Positions 9,591 through 18,138 of a stretch of 39,745 nt of DNA are shown in pieces (positions within the stretch are counted from its first letter, which is position 1; each line of letters starts with the position of its first letter). This DNA comes from Myxococcota bacterium (GTDB taxonomy: Bacteria > Myxococcota_A > Polyangia > Nannocystales > Nannocystaceae). The position numbers were made by a program, and so were the translations under genes. A model generated the notes under the pieces. That model made no database searches and was not told where the DNA came from. It was given only the letters and a program-made list of their open reading frames with translations. Location of the stretch: NCBI GenBank assembly GCA_039028615.1, contig JBCCHT010000069.1:1-39745 (forward strand). The letters run 5' to 3'.

Positions 9591-10073
9591 GTGTCCGTGA
9601 TTCGCGTCTGCTTCGTCTGCCTGGGCAACATCTGCCGCTCTCCCACCGCAGAGGGGGTGTTCTGTCACCTCGTCGCCGAAGCGGGCGTGGAAGACCGCTT
9701 CGAGATCGACAGCGCGGGGACGGCCGCCTATCACACGGGCGAGCGCCCGGATCGACGCTCGTCGGCCACCGCCAAGGCGCGCGGCGTCACCCTGCCCGGT
9801 CGCGCGCGGCAGTTCGTCGAAGACGACTTCGACCGCTTCGATCATGTGCTCGCGATGGACCGCTCCAACTACGAGTCGCTGCGCAGCCTGGCCCCCGACG
9901 ACGCCGCGCGGGCCAAGGTCCGGCTCTTTCGCTCGCACGATCCCGCGTCCCCGAAGGGCGCGGAGGTCCCCGACCCCTACTACGGCGGCGCCGATGGCTT
10001 CGACCTCGTGTTCGACATCTGCATGGCCGCCGGTCGGGGCTTGCTGACCGAGCTGCTCGAGAGCGACCAATGA
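9591..10073 (+). CDS. ptpA: low-molecular-weight protein-tyrosine phosphatase (alternative starts at 9576 and 9597)
   Basis: P-loop CLGNICRS, DSAGT, LAMD and VPDPYYG; its stop overlaps the next start (ATGA). Confidence 0.92.
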   Translation: MSVIRVCFVCLGNICRSPTAEGVFCHLVAEAGVEDRFEIDSAGTAAYHTGERPDRRSSATAKARGVTLPGRARQFVEDDFDRFDHVLAMDRSNYESLRSLAPDDAARAKVRLFRSHDPASPKGAEVPDPYYGGADGFDLVFDICMAAGRGLLTELLESDQ

Positions 10074-10924
10074 GCCCCGAGGTGCGCGAGGCCCTGGCCG
10101 TGGCGTTGGGCGAGGAGCTCGGCCCGGCCCGCTCGGTGAGCGGAGGTGACATCAACGACGCCTGGGCGGCCCGCTGCGGCGGTGAGACGGTCTTCGTCAA
10201 GACTCGCCCGGGCGCCCCGGGTTCGACCTTTCGCGTCGAAGCGATGGGTCTGCGATGGCTCGCCGCCCGTGGTCCGCTCCGGGTGCCCGAGGTCCTGGCC
10301 TTCAGCGAGGACCCGCCCTTCCTCGCCCTGGAGATGATCGAAGCGGGGCGTCGTGCACCCGACTTCGACGATGCGCTCGGCCGTGGCCTCGCCGCGCTGC
10401 ACCGCAATGCCGCCGACCAGTTCGGCCTCGATCACGACAACTTCATCGCTCGCTTACCGCAGGACAACACCCCGACCGAGACCTGGGCCGAGTTCTACTG
10501 GGAACGACGACTGCGGCCCCAGGTCGAGCTCGCCCAGCGGGCAGGGCTGGTCTCCTCGTCCATGGCGACCGATTTCGAGCGCCTCGCCGCACGGCTCCCC
10601 GAGCGCTGCGGTCCCGTCGAGCCCCCCGCCCCGCTGCACGGCGACTTGTGGAGCGGCAACCTCATCGTCGACGAGGCGGGAACCCCCGTGCTCATCGACC
10701 CCGCCGCCTACGCCGGCCACCGCGAGGTCGACCTGGCGATGATGCAGCTATTCGGCGGGTTCGGGCCGCGGGTCTTCGCCACCTACCACGAAGCATACCC
10801 GCTCGACTCGGAGTGGAAGCAGCGGGTCCCGCTGTATCAGCTCTACCCGCTGCTCGTGCACGTGAACCTGTTCGGCGGCAGCTACGTCGGCGGCGTCCAG
10901 CGGGCGCTACACGCCATGCTCTGA
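10070..10924 (+). CDS. fructosamine/ketosamine-3-kinase family protein
   Basis: SGGDIN, VFVK, EAMGLRWL, LHGDLWSGN, LIDPAAYAGHREVDLAM, LFGGF, LYQLYPLLVHVNLFG. Confidence 0.92.
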   Translation: MSPEVREALAVALGEELGPARSVSGGDINDAWAARCGGETVFVKTRPGAPGSTFRVEAMGLRWLAARGPLRVPEVLAFSEDPPFLALEMIEAGRRAPDFDDALGRGLAALHRNAADQFGLDHDNFIARLPQDNTPTETWAEFYWERRLRPQVELAQRAGLVSSSMATDFERLAARLPERCGPVEPPAPLHGDLWSGNLIVDEAGTPVLIDPAAYAGHREVDLAMMQLFGGFGPRVFATYHEAYPLDSEWKQRVPLYQLYPLLVHVNLFGGSYVGGVQRALHAML

Positions 10925-10929
10925 CGCCG

Positions 10930-11715
10930 CTACGAGTACAGCGACTCGCGGTAGTACTTCGCGTCGCCGTGGAACGTGGTGCCCGCCTGGTCGAGCCAGC
11001 CCCGCATGCTCTTACTGACGCGCGACAGGTTCGTGAACTCGTTCCACTGCGGGGTCACTTCCTTCGAAAAGCCGACCTTGAAGGTCCGAAATTTCTCGAT
11101 GATCGCCTGGCGTTCCGCCTTCGTGACCGCGTTGGGATCGGCCACCAGCGGCGAGACGAAGGCATGGATTCGCTTCCACAGCGCCAAGCCGGCCTCGTTG
11201 GCGACCAGATCGGTCGTGGAGTAGATGCCGGACACGAGGATCCCGTAGTAGCTCGCCTCCTGGGACTCCCCGAGTGCCTTGGCCTTCTTGTCCGACCCGG
11301 TCTTCGAGAACACGTCCCAGTACTGGTAGCCCTGCACGAAGTAGTGCCCGATCTTGTCGGTGCCGATGAGCGTCCCGCCCACGCGCACCACGTCGGCCAG
11401 CGTGACGTTGATGAGCCACTCCACGAACGCGTACTTGCACCGGTACTTCGACTTCTGCCCCGGCACCACGCCCTTGGTGTAGTGCTTGCCTTCCTTGCGG
11501 TCCTTCCGTAGCCACCGAATGATCGCGTTCTCCAGCGGGAACAGGCCGTCGTTCTTGATCCCGAGCATCACCTCGCCGAGGGTCTCGCCCCCGTACTTGA
11601 CGTGGTTCGAGTCGAACTTCGCGATCTGTGCGTCGATGAACGCGTCGAGTTCCTTGTCCTGATTGATCAGCGCCGCGTTGTCCGTCCGCTTGGGGTCGTC
11701 GTCTACCTCTGCCAT
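10930..11715 (-). CDS. hypothetical protein with DKxxH...E...DLxAN motif
   Basis: 261-aa ORF with typical codon bias and AGAGGA upstream; GTDKIGHYF, GESQEASYYG, YSTTDLVANEAG. Confidence 0.75.
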   Translation of the reverse strand: MAEVDDDPKRTDNAALINQDKELDAFIDAQIAKFDSNHVKYGGETLGEVMLGIKNDGLFPLENAIIRWLRKDRKEGKHYTKGVVPGQKSKYRCKYAFVEWLINVTLADVVRVGGTLIGTDKIGHYFVQGYQYWDVFSKTGSDKKAKALGESQEASYYGILVSGIYSTTDLVANEAGLALWKRIHAFVSPLVADPNAVTKAERQAIIEKFRTFKVGFSKEVTPQWNEFTNLSRVSKSMRGWLDQAGTTFHGDAKYYRESLYS

Positions 11716-11994
11716 CTCGTCCTCTTTTCACCGTCTGGGGTTCACGAGCGAAGGTGGGGACGCGGCTCGATGCCGCGACGACGCCCTACGAAGGCCCGAG
11801 CGCCCAAGTGCGCTCGAACCCCAGCCCCCACAGTGAGAGATGGCCTCACGACGCCACAACCCCCCGACCGGGGGGCTCCCACCCGTGCCGGGAACGTATG
11901 CACAACGACGCCCCGAGCCGGCTCACGAGCGCATCTCGAAAAAAAGCACCGCGCCCACACGGAACCGGGCCCGTCGCGACACCCATGGCCATCG

Positions 11995-12858
11995 ATGTCC
12001 CCCTCCGCTCTTCGATTCTCAGTGCTGTGCTGCGGTCTTTTCGTGGCGTGTAACAACGACGCCACCTCCCTCGGTGACCCGGTCGCCACCGGGTCGACCA
12101 CCGCCGCCGAAACGGGTTCCGATGGTTCCACGGGCCCTGGGGCGAGCGGCCCCGTCGACGGCTCCGGGTCGCAGGGCGGCGAAGGTTCAACCTCGACCAC
12201 GCCGCCGATGGACACCAGCGACTCCGGATCGGCCACGAGCGCGGGCGAGGACAGCAGCGGCAGCAGCGGTGCGCCCAGCGACGCCGCGATGATCATCTTC
12301 GTCAACTTCGACGGCGTCCTGCTCACCCCGGGCGCCGACGATGCCACCAACGATCAAGCCAGCCTGGCCGGCATGTTCGAGGGTCAACCCGCCGCCCCCT
12401 ACGGCGACGGCCCCAAGCGAGACGACGTCATGGACGCGCTGGCCGAAGACTGGGCTCCCTTCGACGTCGCCGTGACCGACGAGCGGCCGGCCGAAGGCGA
12501 CTACGCCATGGTCGTCGTCACCCCCACCAACCCCTTCGCCCCCAGTGCCGGGGTCGCGCTGTCCGATTGCGACGACGCCAACCCCAACAACGTGGGGTTG
12601 GTCTTCGCCAGCATCGACGATGGGGCGCCCGCGGTGTTCACCGCCTCCTCCATCAGCCGCATCGCCGCCCGCGGCCTGGGCCTCGACAACGTGGATCTGC
12701 CCGGCGACATGATGAACAGCACCGGGATCGACGACGGCGAATTCATCGACACCTGTGCGCCGCTGGTCGGGGCGGGGTGCCTGGCGCAGCACGAGACGCA
12801 GTGCCCGCCCGGCGAGCAGAACAGCTTCGCCGAGATCCAGGCCCGCTTCCCGCTGTGA
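11995..12858 (+). CDS. lipoprotein with Ser/Thr/Gly-rich linker and a degenerate matrixin-like domain
   Basis: Lipobox FVAC; low-complexity linker; IFVNFDG...DWAPFDVAVTDERP...YAMVVV...DCDDANPN...GLGLDNV...DMM...QNS. Confidence 0.8.
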   Translation: MSPSALRFSVLCCGLFVACNNDATSLGDPVATGSTTAAETGSDGSTGPGASGPVDGSGSQGGEGSTSTTPPMDTSDSGSATSAGEDSSGSSGAPSDAAMIIFVNFDGVLLTPGADDATNDQASLAGMFEGQPAAPYGDGPKRDDVMDALAEDWAPFDVAVTDERPAEGDYAMVVVTPTNPFAPSAGVALSDCDDANPNNVGLVFASIDDGAPAVFTASSISRIAARGLGLDNVDLPGDMMNSTGIDDGEFIDTCAPLVGAGCLAQHETQCPPGEQNSFAEIQARFPL

Positions 12859-12865
12859 CGGCTCC

Positions 12866-14587
12866 TCAGCCCCAGGGCTGGATGCGGATGCGGCCGCGGT
12901 CTTCCCAGCCGTGCTCTTCGTTGATCCACTTCTTGGTCAACTGAAGCTCACCCTTTTCGTCGCGGCTGGCGAAGATGTTGGTCATCCAGTTCTCGTCGTC
13001 GCGCTCGGGGTAGTCGGAGCGGTAGTGCGAGCCGCGGCTCTCTTTGCGCATGAGGCCGGCCTGGGCGATGACCTCGGCGACGTCGAGCAGGTTGCGCTGC
13101 TCCATGGCGAGCACGTGGTCGAAGGGCTCGGCGATGCACAGGTCCTCGGCCATGCGCTCGCGCTGACGATCGATGACCTGTTGCGCAGCGTTGAGCTGGG
13201 CCTCGTCCTTCTCGACGAGCAGGTACTTCCACATCTCGTACTGGAGCTCTTTGTGCAGCTCGGTGGGACGGGTCTTGCCCTTGGCTTCGCTGTGTCGAGC
13301 GAGACGCTCGCCGAGCAGGCGGTCGAACTCATCGGGGCGAAGGTCGGCTTGGGGCCGGTCCTTGGCGACCTCGGCCGCCTTGGTGCCCGCGCGCCAGCCG
13401 AAGACCTGCGAGCCACCGAGCATGGTGCCGCCCATGCGGTCGGCCCCCTGCCACCCCGCCGTCTCGCCGCAGGCGAAGAGCCCGGGCAGGAAGGGCGACT
13501 GGGCGTCGGTGTCGATGCGAATGCCACCGTTGCTGGTGTGGTGGTGGATCTGGACCTGGAGCAGGTCCTTGCTGAGGTCGAGGCCGTTTTCCTTCATGTA
13601 GGCGTCGAAGACCTCGGGCTGGAAGCCGCGCTGGGTCCCGGCCAGGTCGAGGAAGACGGCGTCGTTGGGCGTGCCGCGGCCGGCCAGGACCTCGCCGTGG
13701 ATCGCCCGGTCGAGGTGGATGGCGCCGTCGCGGCAGCTGACCGGCCAGTGGAAGGCCTTGAGCTTGGAGGCCTCGAGCACCTCCATGCCCTCGGGCAAGT
13801 AGTCGGCGATGAAGGCCTTGCCGTGGGCGTTGAGCAGCCGATAAGGCTCCTCCATCTCGTAGAGCATGACCATGCACTGGGTCGGCCAGGTGGTGGCGAG
13901 GCCCTGCTGCATGAACTCCATGTTGAACAGCGAGGCTCCGGCCCGCAGCGCCATGGCGTAGCCGTCCCCGGTGTTGCCCGGCGGGTTGAAGCTGTACTTG
14001 AACAGCTGCCCCACGCCGCCCGTGGCCAGGATGACGGCGCCCGCGTGCACCACGAAGGGCTGGCCTTCGTCGTCGATGCCCACCGCGCCGCGACAGCGAC
14101 CGTCCTCGACGAGCAAGTCGGTGAGGTTGGCGTGCTCGATGACCTCGGTGTTGGTGCCCTCGATGACCGCTTTTTGGATCTGGACGATGTTGTTGGTGCC
14201 CTTGGTCTCTTCGTTGGCGGGCATGGTGGCGAGCATCTTGCTCTGGAAGCGCATGCCCATCTTGCGCAGGCGCTTGATGGCCTCGGTCACCTCGTCGACG
14301 AAGATCCGGCACAGCGCGGGGTCGGAGGTCCCGAGCCCGGCCTGCAGCATGTCGTAGTAGGTCAGCTCGGGCGGGTTGAAGAGCCCGCCCTTGGGGCCGA
14401 CGGTGCGGATGGTCCAGAAGTCCGCCTTGGGATTGCTGGTGGCTCCTGCTCCTCGGACGCCGGGGACGCCGAACTGCCCTTTGACGGCCATCATGGTGCG
14501 TGCGCCCGCGTCGTGGGCTGCGATCGTCGACGCGGTTGCGGCTCCACCGCCGCCGACCACCAGGACATCCGTCTCGTAGGTCTTCAT
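12866..14587 (-). CDS. FAD-dependent oxidoreductase, succinate dehydrogenase/fumarate reductase/L-aspartate oxidase flavoprotein superfamily
   Basis: DVLVVGGGGA, VILATGG, NTGDGYAMALRAGA, NMEFMQ, NGGI, GLFACGE, RKESRGSHYRSDYP. Confidence 0.88.
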   Translation of the reverse strand: MKTYETDVLVVGGGGAATASTIAAHDAGARTMMAVKGQFGVPGVRGAGATSNPKADFWTIRTVGPKGGLFNPPELTYYDMLQAGLGTSDPALCRIFVDEVTEAIKRLRKMGMRFQSKMLATMPANEETKGTNNIVQIQKAVIEGTNTEVIEHANLTDLLVEDGRCRGAVGIDDEGQPFVVHAGAVILATGGVGQLFKYSFNPPGNTGDGYAMALRAGASLFNMEFMQQGLATTWPTQCMVMLYEMEEPYRLLNAHGKAFIADYLPEGMEVLEASKLKAFHWPVSCRDGAIHLDRAIHGEVLAGRGTPNDAVFLDLAGTQRGFQPEVFDAYMKENGLDLSKDLLQVQIHHHTSNGGIRIDTDAQSPFLPGLFACGETAGWQGADRMGGTMLGGSQVFGWRAGTKAAEVAKDRPQADLRPDEFDRLLGERLARHSEAKGKTRPTELHKELQYEMWKYLLVEKDEAQLNAAQQVIDRQRERMAEDLCIAEPFDHVLAMEQRNLLDVAEVIAQAGLMRKESRGSHYRSDYPERDDENWMTNIFASRDEKGELQLTKKWINEEHGWEDRGRIRIQPWG

Positions 14588-14857
14588 CGCGGGCGAGTGT
14601 GCCGCAATTGTGGGCCGTCGGCCACGTGAGGCCGTCGTGTCGACTCTCTCGCGGGTCGGGTCACACGCGGCGCGATGTCGAAACGGCGCTCACGCGGGGC
14701 GAGCCCGAACGAGGGTCGGCTCCGCGACGCCGCGCGTCTTTTCGTCGGGCAACCCCGTGCTCGGGCCCGCGGTCACGAAGCCCCGCGCCCAACCGCTCAC
14801 AGGGGCGACGCGGCACGATGCCAGCCGACGCTCCCTGCCGATGGCGTGGTGATGCGC

Positions 14858-16246
14858 CTACTTCTTCTTGCGGCCGAGGATCTCGGCCAGATCGACCGCC
14901 GCGAGCACATCGGCCGGCACGCGGTTGCGGGTAAATGCGCGCGTGGGCTCGAGCGGCCGGGTGGCGTCGATGCCCATCTTGGCCGAGCGACCATCTTCGT
15001 GCGGGCACGAGGGATCGAGCGGCGTCCCCTGCTGGTCGGCAAAGACGAAGACCTTGGTGTCCGCCTGGGTCTGCAGCGCCATGGCAGCCATGACCTCGCG
15101 CAGATCGCTGGGCTCGATGTCGTCGTCGACGACGATGACGTGCTTGGCGTAGATGTCCGAAGACAGCAGCGCCTCGATGACCCGCCGCGGCTCGTCGTCG
15201 TCGCTCTTGTTCAGCGAGATGATGGCGGTGAGCGGCGCGGGCAGTGCGATCTTGCGGACGCCGGGCGACGCGGCCCGAGCATCTCGCAGCGTGCGGTGCT
15301 CGAGCGCGGGCACGGACAACAGCAGGTGCTCCATGCCTCCGCTGACGATGTCCTGGAACATGGGGTCGTTGCGGTGGGTCAGGGCGCGCACCGTGAACAC
15401 AGGCGTTCGCGTGGCCCCCGTGCCGTAACCGGTGAACTCGCCGAAGGGCCCTTCGTGGGTGTCTTCGGTGGCCGAGACCTCCCCCTCGAGCACGATCTCG
15501 GCCCCGGCCGGCACCAGCAGGTCGCTGCCGGTCACCGTGCGGACCACGGGCAAGGGCTGCCGCAGCAGGCCACCCACGATGTCGTACTCGTCGACCTCGG
15601 GCTTGCCGGCATACAGCGCGCCCAGGGTCACCGCGGGGTGCACCCCGATGATGACCGCGATGGGCATGCCCTTGCCCTGCGCTCGGTACTTCTCGTAGAT
15701 GCCGTGCAGATGACGGCCCCGCTCCATGTAGATGCCGGTGCGGTTGCGGTCGACGATCATCATGCGGTGGTAGCTGAGGTTCGCGACGCCGGTCTCGGGG
15801 TCGCGCGCCACCACCAGCGCCGCGGTGATGTAGGGACGCTCGGTGTCGTCCTCGTGGTAGACCATGGGCGGTAGCTGGCCCAGATCGACCTCGTCGTCGC
15901 GGAGCACCACCTCGTGCACGGGCGCATCGCTGACTTCCTGCGGTGCCACGTGCTCGGCCGCGGCTTCCTCGAAGCGAGAGCCCACCTCCGAGAGCGAGCA
16001 GCCCAGGCTCAGCGCCAGGCGCCCCATGGAGCCGCCCACGTTGGTGATGACGGGCATGGAGCAGCCGGCCACGTCGCGGAACATCAGCACGGGCGAGCGC
16101 CGCTTGGCCTCGAGCGCGGTGACGATGGCCGCCGTCTCGTAGCGCGGGCTGACCTGGCGGGTCACCTCGACGAAGTCGGCTTTTCGCTTCTTGCGTACGA
16201 GTTCGATGAACCCGCGCAGATCGACGGGAGTCTGCTCGTCGCTCAT
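14858..16246 (-). CDS. UbiD family (prFMN-dependent) decarboxylase
   Basis: NLSYHR, PIAVIIGVHP, VPAGAEIVLEG, EGPFGEFTGY, VIVVDDDI, LDPS, KMGIDAT. Confidence 0.92.
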   Translation of the reverse strand: MSDEQTPVDLRGFIELVRKKRKADFVEVTRQVSPRYETAAIVTALEAKRRSPVLMFRDVAGCSMPVITNVGGSMGRLALSLGCSLSEVGSRFEEAAAEHVAPQEVSDAPVHEVVLRDDEVDLGQLPPMVYHEDDTERPYITAALVVARDPETGVANLSYHRMMIVDRNRTGIYMERGRHLHGIYEKYRAQGKGMPIAVIIGVHPAVTLGALYAGKPEVDEYDIVGGLLRQPLPVVRTVTGSDLLVPAGAEIVLEGEVSATEDTHEGPFGEFTGYGTGATRTPVFTVRALTHRNDPMFQDIVSGGMEHLLLSVPALEHRTLRDARAASPGVRKIALPAPLTAIISLNKSDDDEPRRVIEALLSSDIYAKHVIVVDDDIEPSDLREVMAAMALQTQADTKVFVFADQQGTPLDPSCPHEDGRSAKMGIDATRPLEPTRAFTRNRVPADVLAAVDLAEILGRKKK

Positions 16247-17796
16247 TGGTCGCCGGCCAGATCCGCCAGGATCTGCTTCTTGAGCTTGCTGCGGCTGACC
16301 TTGCCCGACGCGGTCTGGGGCAGAGTCTCGACCACGTTGAACTCCTTGGGCACGCGCACGAAGGGCAGCGCGGTCAGGCAGTGTTGCTTGAGCTCGACGC
16401 GACCGAGTTCGTGCCCTTCCCTCGCGATGAGGTAGGCCACCAGGCGCTCACCGAGGGTGTCGTCGGGCAAGCCGATGACCGCGACCTCTTGCACGCCGGG
16501 GTGCCGGGCCAGCACGTCCTCGATCTCTTGCGGGAAGATGCGCTCACCCGCGCTCTTGATCATCTCGGAGCTGCGACCAACGAGGAACAAGTGGCCATCG
16601 GGATCGACGCGACCGAGGTCTCCCGTGCGCAACCGACCTTGGTCGTCGATCTTGCCGAGCGCCTGCTCGTCGCCGCTGACGTAGCCCTTCATGATGTTGG
16701 GCCCGCCCGCCGCGACCTCGCCGACGATGTCGGGGCCGACCGGCTCCTCGTTGGGCCCGAGGATCTCGAGCTTGACGTTGGGCAGCGCGCGACCGACCGA
16801 GCCCTTCTTCACGAACAGCTCGCCGGGGCCGATCCACGTGATGCGCGGGGCGGCCTCGGTCTGTCCGTAGGCGAGGTGGATGCCGGTATGGGGCAGCGCC
16901 TGGTCGAGCCGCTCGAGCCCGGAGGGCGACAGGGCGCCACCGGTGACGAGCACGTACTTGAGCTTCTCCGGGGGCCGCTGGGCGATCTTGGAGCGATCGA
17001 GCAGCTGCTTGAAGTGATAGGGCACGCCGGAGAAGCCGGTGACCTCGGAGTCGACCAGCTCGGCGTGGACCTTCGCGGGGAAGGTGAACCCAGCAGAGAA
17101 CACCACCGTGCCGCCGATGAGTGCGTGCAACAGAAGCTGCATGCGCCCGTGGATGTAATAGAGCGGCACCACCACCAGGATGCTGTCCTGGTCGGTCAGC
17201 CCCATCAGCTCGTTCGAAGCGGTGAGGTTGGTGATGAAGTTCTCGTGCGAGAGCATCACCCCGTTGGGCCGACCGGTCGTGCCCGAGGTGTAGACGATCA
17301 TCGCCACGTCATCGGGCGTGATCGAGGGCTCGGGCACAGCCGCCTCGGTGTCGGCCAGCATCGAGCTGAGGCCCACCACGGTGCGCCCCTCGGGCGGATC
17401 GGCCTCGGCGTCGCCGAAGCTGAGCACGAGCTCGGGGAGCTTCAGGCCCCCTTCTCCACCGTGCTTGGCGAGCTGCTTGGGGTCGATGACGATGGCCTTG
17501 GGGGCCGCCTCGTCGATGACCCCCTGCATGACCGAGCGCCCGGCCAGGGTCGGCATGTCGACCGACTGGGCGCCGGATTTCAGGATGCCCCAGAAGAAGA
17601 CCAGCGGGGCGAGGTCGTTGTCGCAGAGGATGGCGACTCGGTCGCCGGGGCCGATGCCCCGAGCGGACAGAGCCGCTGCGACGCGGTCACTTTGGCGATC
17701 GAGCTCCGCGAACGAAATGCGCTCGGCGGGGAAGATGGCCGCGGCCTTGTCGGGAAAACGTGAGGCGTTGTTGCGGAGCAGATCGAAGATGAACAC
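16243..17796 (-). CDS. AMP-forming acyl-CoA/acyl-ACP ligase (ANL superfamily)
   Basis: YTSGTTGRPNG, AYGQTEA, RTGDLG, GRSSEMIKSAGERIFPQEIE, PQTASGK; GGAGG before GTG at 17796; ATGA overlap with UbiD. Confidence 0.92.
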   Translation of the reverse strand: MFIFDLLRNNASRFPDKAAAIFPAERISFAELDRQSDRVAAALSARGIGPGDRVAILCDNDLAPLVFFWGILKSGAQSVDMPTLAGRSVMQGVIDEAAPKAIVIDPKQLAKHGGEGGLKLPELVLSFGDAEADPPEGRTVVGLSSMLADTEAAVPEPSITPDDVAMIVYTSGTTGRPNGVMLSHENFITNLTASNELMGLTDQDSILVVVPLYYIHGRMQLLLHALIGGTVVFSAGFTFPAKVHAELVDSEVTGFSGVPYHFKQLLDRSKIAQRPPEKLKYVLVTGGALSPSGLERLDQALPHTGIHLAYGQTEAAPRITWIGPGELFVKKGSVGRALPNVKLEILGPNEEPVGPDIVGEVAAGGPNIMKGYVSGDEQALGKIDDQGRLRTGDLGRVDPDGHLFLVGRSSEMIKSAGERIFPQEIEDVLARHPGVQEVAVIGLPDDTLGERLVAYLIAREGHELGRVELKQHCLTALPFVRVPKEFNVVETLPQTASGKVSRSKLKKQILADLAGDQ

Positions 17797-17859
17797 GTGC
17801 AGCCTCCAGGCTGGCACGCGACGCCGAGCCGAGCCTCGGCTCTGCGCCGCCGGCCGGGG

Positions 17860-18099
17860 TCAGGACTTGACGTTGCGGCCGATGTACGCCGCGATCTTGT
17901 CGATCGAGCCGAAGTTGTCGGGCGTGATGTCGTCGATCTCGACGTCGAACCCGCACTGGCCCTCGATCCAGACCACCAGCTCCATGATCGCGGTGGAGTC
18001 GATGACGCCAGCGAGGCTGGTGTCGCCCTCGATCTCGGCCTTGCCGCTGGCGAGCTCGTTGCGGATGTATTCGGTGAGTTGCTGCTTGATGTCGTCCAT
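17860..18099 (-). CDS. acyl/aminoacyl carrier protein
   Basis: 79 aa, acidic; GVIDSTAIMELVVWIE phosphopantetheine Ser motif; ITPDNFGSI tail typical of stand-alone, DltC-like carriers. Confidence 0.9.
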   Translation of the reverse strand: MDDIKQQLTEYIRNELASGKAEIEGDTSLAGVIDSTAIMELVVWIEGQCGFDVEIDDITPDNFGSIDKIAAYIGRNVKS

Positions 18100-18138
18100 G
18101 ACTGTGGTCTCTGAGACGGAAAAGAGCTTGGGTAGGAG

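Noticed and set aside
14588..14857. Riboswitch/ncRNA in the 270-bp gap before the flavoprotein
   Set aside because: Only weak GC-rich pairings and no recognisable Rfam-type consensus by eye; an Infernal scan would be needed.
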